The translations under genes and the position numbers were made by a program. A stretch of DNA of 60,887 bases, the filler included, from Basidioascus undulatus (taxonomy: Eukaryota), in NCBI GenBank assembly GCA_000826855.1. It is 4 parts of 4 records of this genome, joined end to end, with 100 filler letters (N's around TTAATTAATTAA, not from the genome) between each part and the next. Parts side by side here need not be neighbours in the genome. Positions count along the whole stretch, not along the records: positions 1 to 30,063 come from JTLS01000117.1; 3 more parts are not named here. One strand, written 5' to 3'. The notes under the pieces were generated by a model. The model searched no databases. It saw only the letters and a list, made by a program, of their open reading frames with translations, and was not told the origin of the DNA. The first letter of the stretch is position 1; every line of letters starts with the position of its first letter. Shown in pieces: positions 12,740 through 25,708 of this stretch.

Positions 12740-15574
12740 ATGGCTGCGTACACCAAAGGCACATCCTCTCGCGGCCGAAATCGCTATGATGGGGGCGAGC
12801 TGACCCTCCGGCACAGGCGCCATCTACGCTGTCAACCCCGCAACCACTCGCGGACAGAGTACCAAGCTCGGCCTTGACCCAAAGGGTGAGAAGATCGTCT
12901 ACACGAATGGGAGGGCCGTAATCGTGGGTATTTCACTTTAGACACCTCTCTGGCAAATCAGCTGAGCCTCTCCATGCCAGATTCGGGACATCAAGGTCCG
13001 CAGTTCAGCTGCACAGCCTCGATCGAGCTTTGTGTGCTCCTCTGACCTGAACAACACAGAACCCTGCCAACTCGGTGACGTACCAAGAGCACGTCAAGCC
13101 GGCTACTGTCGCGCGCATCTCTCCCTCTGGCTACTATTGCGCGTCGGCAGACGAGGCGGGCACTGTGCGCATCTGGGACCTGGCGGGCGAAGAGCAGGTG
13201 CGCTCATCTTCTTAATGAGGAAGACGTGGATTATCTCAGATAAAGAATGGGGAGGGTAGATCCTCAAGAATGAGGTGAAGGTTGTGGCCGGGAGAATGTA
13301 AGTGCTGGCTTGAACAGCCAGAAGGGGCGCAATGCTCACGGGACGGCCCTGGCAGCAACGATCTCGCTTGGGACGGCGAGTCCAAGCGCATCATCGCAGT
13401 CGGAGAGGGTCGCGAGAGGTGCGTTGTGGGTTACTGACTACTCTTGGGTGCCCGCTGACACCGGGTCTGCAGCATGGGTCGCGCCTTCACGTTCGACTCC
13501 GGCTCGACTGTCGGAGAAGTTTCCGGCCACAGCAAGGTGCGCACTTAAATATCGCACCATGACCGCATGGTCTGACGTAGCATGAACTGTAGCCCATCAA
13601 CGCTATCGCAATACGCCATCAACGCCCGTTCCGTGCCGTGACTGCGAGCGATGGTGCGTCTCTCGGCCCTGGGACGCTGCACACGACCGGAACTGACTAC
13701 TCCGCAGACAACACTCTCGTCTTCTACCATGGTGCGTGCTGCCGTATTGAACCCCTTATATTCAGAATCTGACTGGCTAGGGCTCCAGGCGTTCCGTACA
13801 AGTTCAACAAGGTCCGGCGTCCAAGCTGACCGCCTGACTGATCAGAACAAGCTGAATGAGACCTCTTCCGCCCACAGACTCTGAAAACCCACACCCGCTT
13901 CGTTCAAGACGTCCGCTTCTCTCCAAACGGCGACCTCTTCGTTTCCGTCGGCTCGGACGCCAAGGCCTTCCTGTACGACGGCAAGACGGGCGATGTGATC
14001 GCCGAGCTGCCAGCGTCCCACAGCGGATCTATCATGGCCGCCTCCTGGTCCCCAGACAAGTGCGTATCTTCCTACTTGCTCCCAACCGATGCTAGCCTAG
14101 CTCACCAGGAACCCTGTCGCACACAGCCGGTACATCGCGACCTCGAGCGCGGATCGGACTGTCAAGCTCTGGGACGTCGAGGCGCGCTCGGTGGTGCAGA
14201 CGTACGAGCTGGGCGAGGGCGTCGGTGCTCAGCAGGTCGGGAACGTCTGGGCGGGCGGCGCGGCGGACGAGGGCGAGATCGTCAGTTTGGGGCTGGACGG
14301 CGTGCTGAACGTACTCGACGAGCGCGTGCCGAACCAGGTGTCGCGCAAGATCTATGTGCGCCTTGCCGTCATCTAGGGTTTCAATGCTCAGGACAGCTTC
14401 TCACAGTGGTAAACAATGTGCAGGGGCCGCCCAAGGGCATCACCGCTTTCACCTACACTGCCGAGCCTTCACCCACCCTTCTCTCCGGCTCGTTCGACGG
14501 CACACTCCGCGCGTTCGACGCCGACACGGGTAACTGCACCCCTGTTCAGGGTGCTGGGCACACCAACCAGGTCACTGGCATCGCGGAGATGGCGAAGGGC
14601 AAGGTCGCGACTTCTGGGCTGGACGACACCGTGCGGGAGGTGGACGTGGGTGCGAAGTCGTTCAGGTACGCCCATTCCATCTATCGCGATTGCCTGCAGT
14701 GAGATGAATGCGCTGGAATGCAGCACCGCCACCGCATCCACCTCCGCACTGCCGAAGTCCATCTCTGCCGACCCGAAGGGCCATGTCTTCGCCGCCGCCG
14801 GCTCTGCCGTCGACATTCTCCAAAGCGGCAAGAAGCTCTCCTCCGTCTCGACCCCCTACGGTGCCGCGTCCGTCTCCGCGTCCGGCGACCTCGTCGCCGT
14901 AGGCGGGGAGGACTCGAAGGTCCGCCTGTACACGTTCGACGGCTCGACGCTGAAGGAGTCCAAGACGCTCGAGAACAACCGCTCGACGGTAACGGCGCTC
15001 GCATTCTCGCCGGACGGGTCGCTGCTCGCTGCTGGAGAGGTGTGTTTCTGCCTGGGGTGCTCGTCGCACGAGATGTTTGGTACTAATACGGAGGAGAACG
15101 GCAGTCTAACGGCAAGATCATCCTGTACTCGCGCCAGGGGGAGCTCAAGACTAGCGCATGGACTTTCCACACCGGTCGTATCCACAGCATCGCATGGAGC
15201 GCGGACGGGAAGTACGCGGCTACGGGCTCGCTGTGCGTACTTTCGCTCCATTGCGTCCATTGCGTCTCGCCTCGTTTGCCTGACGCTGCAGTCGTTTCCC
15301 AGTGACACGCACGTCTACATCTATTCCGTGGAGAAGCCGACGAAGAACATCGCTATCAAGGCAAGCTGCCCTGTCTTTTTCGCCTTGTTTTCGCTTCTTT
15401 ACTTCGTCTCAGGAGCAGCCGTTGATATAAGTTAGGCGACTGACACCGATCCGGACCGGCCCACAGAACGTCGCTGCGGGCGGTGTGACGGGCACGGCAT
15501 GGACGGGCGCGAACAAGATTGCCGTGGCGGGTAGCGATGGCTGCGTGCGGAATTTCGAGCTGAAGCTGGAGTAG
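12740..15574 (+). CDS. AIP1: WD40-repeat actin-interacting protein 1 (AIP1/WDR1)
   Basis: Spliced product reads [118 protein letters not shown]. All are characteristic of Aip1. Confidence 0.93.
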
Positions 15575-15967
15575 AAATGATTCGACTTTGAGGGCCAGGG
15601 GCGGTGGGGGTATTTTGGGCAGGGGTCGGACGGAGAGGTCACCGGGGAGGGAATCGAAAATCACTTGATACCCTTCTGGAACGACTGGCGAAAGTCTGAG
15701 GTCTTTCTGACTAGAGGCGCGTAAGGACATATCAGAGGCTATTGAATGAAGCAGCCTGATATTTAGCCTTAATAAAGACAGCTAAAAGATACGGCAATAA
15801 CGCGTAACGGGGAGAAATGTCTAGACAAGCTGCCGGAAAAAGAGTACGATAGCCAGGAGAACAAGGAGAACACCCGCAAGCAAGTGAACCGCAATCAAGG
15901 TGAACACCAATCCAATAACATTAATCCAAGTAACGATCGTGACATTCTGGAGTTCGGGAAGAGCAAG

Positions 15968-16730
15968 TCATCCGTTGCGGTCCGGCATGCCTCCTAGCTC
16001 GAGGAGACGCTGGTGCAAGCTAAGCGTAGCTATTCCGCCCTCGTCCAGCATGTGCAGCTCGTAGCTCTCCTCGTCGTTTAGCATCCGGATGATCTCCCCT
16101 GCGCTACTCGCGTGCAAGACCTTCGTCAGAGCGCGATGGAGCGCGCAGAGGCCGCGGTTGGGCAGAGGGTGTTCAGCGTCGACGTTTGCGAACAACAAAG
16201 CCTTGCCTTCAGGCATTTCGGCGACCTCATCATATTGTCGCCTCGAGACCTAGGGAGAGGTGAAGAAAATGGGTCAGCCGTATATTGAAAGCAGTAAGTG
16301 CGAGAGTGACTCACCTTCACGAAATGGTACGAGTATCCGCGTGGGTGTTACTGATGAAATGGACGCTGCGCAGACTCATCATGGCGTCGCAGTTCGAGCC
16401 GTACTCGACCGTTGACACGCTGCACATGTACCTCGGCGGGAGCGCGTCGATCTTCGCGTACAGTCCGTTCGCTCATGTGCGTCCCTCCCCCTCCCCTCTC
16501 ATCTCTCCCACTCCGCCCACTCCATCACCTCCCCTTCCCCTCCATTCTCCTTTCGACCCGACCTGATCCCGATTCCGGCTGCGATCCGACCCAACTGGCA
16601 TTCTGCGTGGGTGATGATGGGTAACAAGTCCTGACCGAAGCGCAAAACAAGCTCCGCGCGACTAACTACGTCGTCCACCCGTCGATCACGGAGAGCTAGA
16701 CGCGCGAGTACCAGGTTCGTGCGCTCTTCT
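15968..16730 (-). pseudogene. Remnant of a fungal HNH_2-type (HNH endonuclease-like) gene
   Basis: C-terminal segment PLPNRGLCALHRALTKVLHASSAGEIIRML resembles the LPxxxLLALHxAxAKVLHxSGAGE motif of fungal HNH_2 proteins. Upstream frames are interrupted. Confidence 0.5.
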
Positions 16731-17603
16731 CTTCCTCTCTTTCTCTTGCGGATCTCTTTTTGGGCATCTGAATTGTTTGCGTGAGCAGCTGTGGTGTGGC
16801 AAGGGAGCTGAAAGGCGCGCGGGAAGAGCAAGGGTTAGAGGGACTGGACTGCTGCACGCAGGATGAATTGCAGCTCGCAGCGGCTTGCGATGCCGCGTGT
16901 TGGGTGCTTCGTTTCCGAGGCCGGGCCGGCTTGTATGGCTTGTTCAGGGGGCATGAAGATCTTCAGCATATTGAGGGCAAGTGTGGACTCCGCAACTGTT
17001 GGCCCGCCCCGATGCCGATGCAGCAGCCTCAGATCGATGTTCACCGGCTGCTCAGCCGTTTGGACAGTGGGAACCTTTTCGCAGTCCTTTGTCAAGGTCA
17101 TTTCATTTCATTCTTTACCTCGAATCCTTGTGGACCTGTTCATAACCTCCGTGCATGACCTCGACGCGCTCACCCGACAATGGCATCGCTCACGAGCTTT
17201 TGATTTCTGCCTTGGCATCACTGCCCGCTGTCTTTACCTCTTTCAGTGAGCCTCCCATGCTCCCCAAACGTCAACCCAAATTGAAGTCCTTACTTACTTC
17301 CATGTACGTGTCCCGGCCATCCACCCAACCGCCGACTCTCCGACTCTGGCCAACTCAACAGCAGTCGACCAGTGGCATCCGCCAAGCCCAAGCCTTTCAA
17401 ACCCCTCCCCTCACCTGCCACTGCCCACACGGCCGAAGAATCACTGATCCCCTGACCCCAGCTGGGTCCTCGGTGCTTGGCAAGAAAGTTAGTCATGAGC
17501 GCCATTGAAAGTCAGTGAGACAGGTGTGCGAAAGGCGGAAGAGGAGAGGAGCTTGAGGTCCAGAACGGGGGGAAGTGGGTGCGGACTTGGCTTTCGGTGC
17601 GTG

Positions 17604-17636
17604 GAGTTGAGTTGAGTTGAGTTGAAGTTGAGTTGG
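17604..17636 (+). repeat. (GAGTT)n imperfect microsatellite
   Basis: gagttgagttgagttgagttgaagttgagttgg. Confidence 0.8.
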
Positions 17637-18266
17637 CCTGTCGGTCAAGATCCCCTAGGTCAGAAAGTCCTTGGAAGTTTTTCAGTCTGGCGGTAAGTAA
17701 GCAAGTAATGTCAAGTGAAGATGTAACCAACAGCAGCTGGGGCTTGCTGGGGGAAACGCCGAAAGGGTCAGAGCGACAAGAACACCTCAGCAGCAGCTGC
17801 CAGCCGACATTCGCTCGTACCTCCCAAGAGAAAGAAGGGAGGGCGGGCTGTGCGACCTTGGCACAGACACCCCGGAATCGGTTGGACAGTCACGCAGTCA
17901 CGGACACGCAGCTGTCGTGGTCGGAGGTGGCCGTGGACGGCTGGGACTGCGCTGAGGAATGGACATTTTCAAGAGATGGACCGGCTGAAGGAGAGGAAGG
18001 AAGAAGGTACCGTACTAGTTCCGAGTTAGAAAAGCAGTGACCGCGGTTTAGAATCCAAATATGTAATGTGGAGGCAATGCGCGGCTTGCGCTTTTCGGCG
18101 GCCGATCGCCCGAAGCGACCGAGCCGAGCGAAGCGAGCCGACTTGCCGAACCCGACAATCTCTGATCAAACGTCCTCCTCGCACAAGTGCCCACGCGACC
18201 ATCAGCGATAACATGCCCACTTGATCTTTAACCGTCACAATCTCGAGCATTATCACACTGAGGGCC

Positions 18267-21200
18267 ATGTCGCCCCATGCTCTTGTGCACGACTTGCCTA
18301 CCCCAAGAAGCCCGGCATCAAGCGATCGGACGCGCGTGGACGTGCAGGAGCAGCCCACACCCTTGTCCGCCGAAGCGGGACTGGCAGCCGAGGGTCCAGG
18401 GGCTCAGGAAGTTGGGAAGGGTGGGCGAGAAGGGAAAAAGGTACCGGAGGAGGCCGAGAGAAAGAAGCAGAAGAAGGAGCTGCAATTGCAAGAGTGCGTT
18501 GGTGTCCGCCCGCTTTTTATGCCTCGGTCGTTGCTCAAATCAGGCTTGGCAGTCAAACAAATCTCCTCCCTCAGCGACAAGTAAGGTGGGGCTATGGGAA
18601 TTGCGTGAAGTGTGCACTGACATTCAACACAGGTGGTGCTCATCTTCATTGGCCTCGCATGCGCTCTGTTCTGCGCGATGCTGGATCAGAGTGTGTCTTC
18701 TTCTCCACTCGTGAGATTCGCTCGCTCATTTCCCATGCATTACAGCGATCGTGGCTGTACGTTGCGAACAACCAATAGCTTACATGCAGTCTGATCTTGA
18801 GCCGCCTTCCGCAGACCGCTCTTCCAACAATCGGGTCTGCATTCGGGGCAGGCGAGGAGAGCAGTTGGGTCGCGAACGTGTATCTGCTTACTGTGAGTTA
18901 CGCAATTCGGGGCGAAGCAAAGGTGCAGCAAGACTGACAGCCTGTGCAACATAGTCATGCGCGTTCCAGCCGATGTATGGACGTTTCTCGGACATCATGG
19001 GTCGGAAGGTCCGTTCGCTTCTGGCCGTCTAGGTGTATTGCTCGCACACTGACAGTCCATCGCAGGTCATGCTCATCACGGCTCTGACTGTATGCGTTTC
19101 GAGACTGCTCATATAAGAGACAGTTCGGCTGAAGCGTACTCTGCAGATATTCTTTTTCGGATCTTTGGGTGCCGCACTTTCACAAACCATCACGCAGGCA
19201 AGTTGTCCGGAGATCGTCGTCGATGAGACTGCTGACGAAGGCTTGGCCACAACCCCACAGTTGATCATGTTCCGGGCTATATCAGGAGTCGGCGGTGGCG
19301 GAATTCTCTCCATGTCTTTGATCATCATATCCGATGTGGTCTCGCTTAGGGAACGGTTCGTGAGCCCCCAATCTTGAGAATGAACTTGCCTCTAACTGAC
19401 GCCCGCCTTCGACAGTGGCAAATACCAAGGTAGGCATGCATAACTCCCATGACCTTGATGAAGTAGCACTGACCATACGGATCCCAAAAGGAATCATCTC
19501 CCTCACGATCGCAAGTCTCCGCAGCTGTCGCGACCTCACTCACTACTCAAGCAAGTGCTCATTGTCGTATCAATTCACTCACACAGGCAACTGGCAACAG
19601 CGTCGGACCGCTAGTGGGCGGTGCGTTCGCCTCTGTAGACTGGCGGTATGCCAAGCCACCCCCGTGTGCTGGCAAGCTGTACTGAGGAAGCCGGACCACA
19701 GCTGGTGCTTCAGGATCAACCTACCCCTCACCGGCATCGCCATTTTGGCGGCGATCTTCTTCTTGCCGCTGAAGAAGGTCCACGGCGACCTCGCTGAGAA
19801 GCTCAAGAAGATCGACTACATGGGCAGCTCGCTAATCCTGGCCGGGACGACGCTCGTCCTGCTTGCTTTGAACTGGCACGTCACCGCTTCCCTTCGGGCT
19901 CATCGGACCGACGAAGACGCTGACCTTCGCTGTTCAGGGGTGGCGCCGAGTACAGCTGGTCATCGGCTCCGGTCCTCTGTACCCTGCTGATAGGTATGCA
20001 TCAATTGGACGGGCACATGGCGATCAGGGCCTAACTCTAAACTCAGGCCTTGCGATCCTCGTGGTCTTCGTCTTGGTCGAGGCGTTCGCTGCCCACCTCC
20101 CCATCTTGCCGAGTACGTCCACCCCCTCGGCTTTTTGTCACCCGCGTCCAGCTATTCATTATTCGAGCTGTTCAGTTTCGCTGTTCCGCATCGTCACTGT
20201 ATGCGGCAGCTATCTATGTACCTTCCTCGGTTCCGGCATCTCCTTCTACGGAGTCCTTTTCTACTTGCCGCAGGTGGGCATTCCGACTATGTTGGCGCTC
20301 ATTCGTTTCTGAGACTTACATGTGGCTACAGTACTTCCAAGTGCGTCGCTTGATTGGCGTAGACGGCCCCCAGTATTGACTTGCCTCCAGGTCGTGAAAG
20401 GCTACACCGCGTTGCGGTCGGGACTTCTGATCCTTCCGCTCTCGTTTATGCAAGGTAAGCGAGGTCCCTTTGAAGTTCGCAGTCCGATCGGCTCACGCGT
20501 GTGGATCTGTTCTAGCGCTTTGCTCGTTTCTGGCCGGCCAAATCGTCTCCTTCACCGGTGAATACCGCTACAACATCATGGTCGGGTTCGCCATCTGGAC
20601 GATCGGCCTGGGGCTCTACTGCATGGTATCGCTATCCACACCGCTTGTGCGTGTCGTACCGATTGATTTTCCTGGTCGAAGAGTCGCTGAGTCGCAAGGT
20701 CCCTTCAGGCGCATCTCGTCGGCTTCGGCATCCTGGTCGGGACTGGTGCCGGACAGACTTTCCAGGCAAGCAGTCTGCTTCTCGTCGTCTTTCACGCCCG
20801 AAGCTGACATGTCCTATTCTTAGACGACGCTTATCTCGGTGCAAGCAGCTGTATCGAGAAATGAGATGGCGGTCGCGACCGGCGGGCGTAATTTCATTCG
20901 CGTGTTGGGCGGCGCGATTTCGCTCGCAATTTGCTGTGCGTCTTCTTTCGTTCCCCGCAAGAAGCTCATCTACTTACCTCTTGCACTCAGCTACCATCAT
21001 GAACAACACCGTCCGCTCGCAGATCTCGTCCCTCTCCTTCTCGTCCGAAGTCCTGCGCTCCATCACTTCAGATCCGACAAAGATCCACACGCTCTCGAGC
21101 CTATCGCCTTCGCAGCGGGACGCTGTTCTCGAGGCATACTGCGAGGGCATTCGAAACTTGTTCAGGTTTTTTGTGTCATGCGTCGGCACGTCGTTCATAC

Positions 21201-21556
21201 TGAGCGTAACGTGCATCAAGAAGCGTACGTCCTCCTTTTCCGTCGTGTGGGTACGAACATTAAGACTGACAGAAAGTGGATTGGGATTAGACTCTTTGAC
21301 GAGAGGGGATGAGAAGGAGCTCAAGCAGCAGGGCAAGGAGTGGGTCAACAGCCGCAAAAGGAAGGGCCAGGATCCGGAGAAGGGCGAGGGAGATTCCAAG
21401 GGCGCTTCGGAAAGCGTCTCGCCTGTAGGTGATGTGACGGAATCGGGGACGCCTGCAAGAGCGGCATCTCTGGAGAAGGGGGTAGAGGAGGTAGACAGGC
21501 CGAGCGGGGGTGGAAGGCCGACGGATGTTGTAGAGAAGGTGCCAACACGCTCATAG
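18267..21556 (+). CDS. Major facilitator superfamily transporter, DHA2 (14-TM drug:H+ antiporter) type
   Basis: LFCAMLDQ, ALPTIGSAFG, WVANVYLL, QPMYGRFSDIMGRK, FRAISGVGGGGI, IISDVVSLRERGKYQG, WCFRINLP, KIDYMG, LNWGGAEYSW, YLPQYFQVVKG, VQAAVSRNEMAVATG...RVLGG. Confidence 0.93.
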
Positions 21557-22139
21557 ACTGGGTGTTGCCTCTGAATTGAGTATATCCGTCGCGGACATGC
21601 CGCCGGTGCTTTTCTGTTCGTTTCGTGCAAGTTTATGCTGATGTACACCAGTGCAGCGCAAATCGATGCAACTCGGCGGCAGTCTAATCTGGCTTTCCTT
21701 CCATCGTGGTGTAGCGCTGGCGTCGTCCGGCATGACATGATGGCATCCGCGATCTTGTAATGCGTGCCATGCTAGTCAATCAGAATATTGCAAGGTCACT
21801 TATGCAACGCTTGGGCTTGCACATCTTTCTTCGCTGCGCCGAGACGGTGTTGGTGTTCCATGGCTTTCCTCGACGAACGGTGGCATGGCAGCCCTACAAT
21901 GACCAATGATGTCCAACTGCATGACGAGAGTATCGTGAAGACTTATTGCAGCTGCGGCGACCGCTAAGCGGCGTCTTAACGCCCGAGCCATTCGTCTTTG
22001 TGTTCCTCATCAAAGAAGTCCTCATCGCTTCTGGGTCTCCCATAGCCATAAGCTCATCAATCGGGGCCACGCAGAACTCGACGTGGCCCTGCTCTCTCGG
22101 AACGGCGTAATAGACGCATCTGTAGAACGAGCATGTCAG

Positions 22140-23061
22140 TCAGCTGGATAAACAGCAGCAGAGCTCGTCTGTCACGCGTATGAAGCTAATGACACACTCG
22201 TTCATAAAGTGCAAACGCCGTGCTGTGCTCTTCGTCAGGCGAGGGCTATAGAGGTACGTCTTAAGCCTGGCGCAGTCCTGATCGGACATTGGGACGGAAA
22301 ACCTGTGTGAAGAGGGTGGGGCAGGACCCGTCAGCGTGCCTGACGATATGGCCTGGAAACTGAGGATGAATAAGACGGACATCTTCTGGACTCCGTTAAA
22401 GATACCGAGCACGGTAACCCCCGTCCGGTTCGAAATTGTGCTCTTGAACGACGCTGGGACGCGGCTCTTGAGGCCGGGCGGCGCGATGGTGATCTCGACT
22501 TTTTGGACTGGCGGAACTGTGTCGGAACTGTGGCGAACGCGGCGACGCGTGTGTGGTCGAGCAGGTGCTTCGACTTTGGCATGAGGGCGAGAGTACGCGG
22601 GTCGCATGCGTCGACAGGAGGGTCACCGCGTGGACCTGGTGCGCGACCTTGAGATCGCCGGCCTGGGCAGCAGGGCTCGCGGAAGAAACGAGAACGGACG
22701 TGAGCGCCATGCCCTCTATCCATGGATACAAGCTACCCGTCAATTTGACTTTGAAATGATCAGAATCAGGCGAAACAAACGGACTGAGAGGATCGCGCAT
22801 CTTGCACACCTCGCACACAGCGCTACCGCCGCACCACTGCTTGCCGACGCCCGCTGCGGCCGTGCGCACGTTATGGAAGAGAAGCGGAGCCCCGAGGCCC
22901 AGCGTATGAAGCTTGGAAGAGAGAGAGGGCTCGTCGATGAGCGCGGGCAGGCGCATACACGTCTGCGAGAGGGCGACGCAGCTCGCAAGGATGTCAAGTT
23001 AGTTGCGGATGAGGACCAGGACGTCGTATGGAAGAAGGGAGAGGTGTGGGACGGTGGACAT
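22140..23061 (-). pseudogene. F-box protein pseudogene (third, unrelated to paralogues A and B)
   Basis: ATG at 23061 gives MSTVPHLSLLPYDVLVLIRN*LDILASCVALSQTCMRL, an F-box motif with an in-frame TAA at 23001-22999. It is followed by a CEVC segment and frame disruptions. Confidence 0.6.
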
Positions 23062-25708
23062 GATCAGGCCTGGCGAGAACTTTAAGGGTTTGGATATGTT
23101 GGGGACTGAAGGACAGCTGGTTGATGGCGAAGAACGGTGCGGTAGTCTCCATCATATATTGGGACCTCGCGGGCTTCCAACCCTTCCTCTTCGAGTGGAC
23201 AGTAGTTGACACCATGCTGGGGCTCCACCGCACCAGCTACGAGTGCCACGTCGTGTTTAAGCAAGCAGCCATGAGGCTCCTCCCACGCAGGGACCCGGTC
23301 GCGGAGCGGCTGATCCTTGACATCTTCAACGGGCTCTGGAATACCGTGTGGAAGAGGAGGAAGATAGCCAAGTTCCGACTGGACTTTATGGCCAAGCACG
23401 GCGTCACCAGTCCCCCAGCCGGGACGCGCGCGGGACGCTCTCACCAGGCACAGAAACGCAGAGACCCAGTCCGCAGGCTCCCCCGCCTCTATGTCGCCGG
23501 CGTCGCGGAGCTTGCAGTCCCCGGTGACGGTGCTGAGCGAGGTGAACGGGATGCCCATGCAGACGCCCCCGAGGAGGGTCGTGTGTGGCACCAAAGCCGG
23601 GCCCGCCTCACCCCCTGGGACCAGAGTGTCCCAGCAGCCTAGGAGCTCCCATGGGCGGCTGAGAATCTCTTCTGGCGTGTCCCTCCTCACCTGCTCCCAG
23701 TCGTCCTCCAGGCGGGTACCACGCATAAACGCGCTAGACGGGCTCCACCGCTCCGTAGCCCAGCGGCGTTGCGGTAGCGGACCAGCGTCCCCATGGTGGG
23801 ATGCTTGGCGGACTCCATGCTGGAGTTGCCGTCAAGTAGTACCTCTCCCCGTGTAGGGTCCAGCCGGAGACAAGACACACCCTCGCACATCGCCACCGCT
23901 ACGAGGGCCTCGATCGTGGCCCTGGCTGAGACCACAAGCAGGTCCGAGGGGAATAGGTCTTTGGAGGCCTTATCCCAGCCTATCTCCACGTGCCTCCATG
24001 CCCCGGTGTGGACGGCGGATTCCATGAGGTGGTACCAGGGAGCTATCTTGCGCACCTTAGGCCACGGGGTCTCGGCCCCTAGCGTAGGCCACTCATGGTT
24101 AACTGGGGCACATAGTACTTAATCTCGAACCTCAGGCCCCACCGCAACCTCCTCCACCCGCACCGGGTGTCCCTATGACAAAGCCCCACCCTATGGAGGA
24201 AGTCGGGAGGGCGCGCGCTCCCGGTGGCCTTGGCCGGGGCCTCAGCCGGCCCCGGGACTACGGTCACGTAGGACAGGGGGCCATACACGTCCTCGTTGCA
24301 CTTTCTCAGGTCCGCGGAGGAGGAGAAGAGGCTCTGTAGGAGCTGTAACAGGTGAAAGGCAAGATGATGGTGAGGGGGCAAGCTGCACACGTACACATGG
24401 AGTCGAGCGGCGTGCACGCGGCGGCCCTTAGCCGTTCCCCGTCCACAGGCACAGCACATCCTGGATATATAGCCCAAATGGCCACTTTACTGAGTACTCA
24501 CTCGCCTTTTGGGAATGAATCACATGCACCCAGTGAGAAAGGCTGCCCGAAGCTTAAACTGATAGTTCCATTTGCACAGATGGAGCTCCTTCTGCAGTCT
24601 TCATGGTGTGCACCGGAAGTTCCTCCCGGGGATTCTTGTTGAAATACATCAACCTAAAATTTCCCTGAGCTTGGATATGTTCGGCGCCTAGTGAAAGGAC
24701 GGGACAGGGGCGTAGACACTTGCACTGCATCAGCTTCGTCTTCCTGGAACCTTTGTCCACCGACCGGGTTCCCAAGATTTTGTTCTAAAATGTATCATTC
24801 AAATCCGTAATTACCTGATTAGTATCTCCTTGTGGGAACAGCTAAGGTGCGAACATTGGAGGAGGTGAGCGTTGCAAACCCGCAACGACGCACTGCTCAT
24901 TGGACACCCGGAGCAGGTTCGGAGAAAGTTTAAAGTCCCGGGATTTTTGCAAGCTTGTAATGTAGAAAGAAATACTGATTTTAGGGTAAGGCGTGGTGCC
25001 AGGCTCACCATCTCGGGCGAGCTAGAAGTGTTGCGTGGTTTTACTTCAGGGTTCCTAACCCAGGCTTATGCTGAAACCTTCATAGAAAATCTTTTTATAC
25101 CGCCGTGATCCTCTTCAACACGCCCCACGTTTCTGAAGGTCCTCACATTAGCAGCTAACGCCATGTCTGCAGTGCCAGACGATGGGACAACCGACAATGA
25201 ACGCGGTCTCTACCCTGTGACCTTCACAGACTTGATAAGGACTTTTTAATTCATTTTTGGAACCTTGTCATGAAAGAAACATCCTGCTGTCTATAGGTGA
25301 AGCACAAGCACGTTCATGACTCGGACCCTAAGCTGAAAGACTTGTCTGCACGGCAGGAGGAAGATCGCTTCTGATAGACTCACATTTCAAAGCTATCAAA
25401 GCGAACGCTGTTCCCGTCCATGAAAGTCTGCTGTTACGAGACGCTACGCAGCATGCTTGTTCGTCGCCTTGCCGTCCCTTCATGAAATGCATTATTCCCA
25501 CAGAACGAAAACTCCATGATCTTTCCACGGGATCGAAAAAAGCGCAATTAGATGAATCGGGCTCGGTCGGTCGAACGAGCTTTGTGCAAACGGAAAGTCC
25601 ATCGAAACAGGCTGCGTATTGTGACGCTGCGCCATCACCATCTTCGTCCTCATCCTCGTACTCGTCCAAGTCGTGCTCTTCGTCCCCGCCCTCGTCGTAT
25701 TCCTCGTC

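Noticed and set aside
7769..21556. GH3 plus MFS transporter as a metabolic gene cluster
   Set aside because: They are separated by AIP1 and relic DNA, the transporter is drug-antiporter type rather than a sugar porter, and no backbone enzyme or cluster regulator is present.
23121..23642. LWNTVWKRRKIAKF resembles the C-terminal IWxxRN motif of non-LTR retrotransposon ORF2
   Set aside because: No upstream CCHC zinc knuckle or RT motifs were found, so the match is too short to call.
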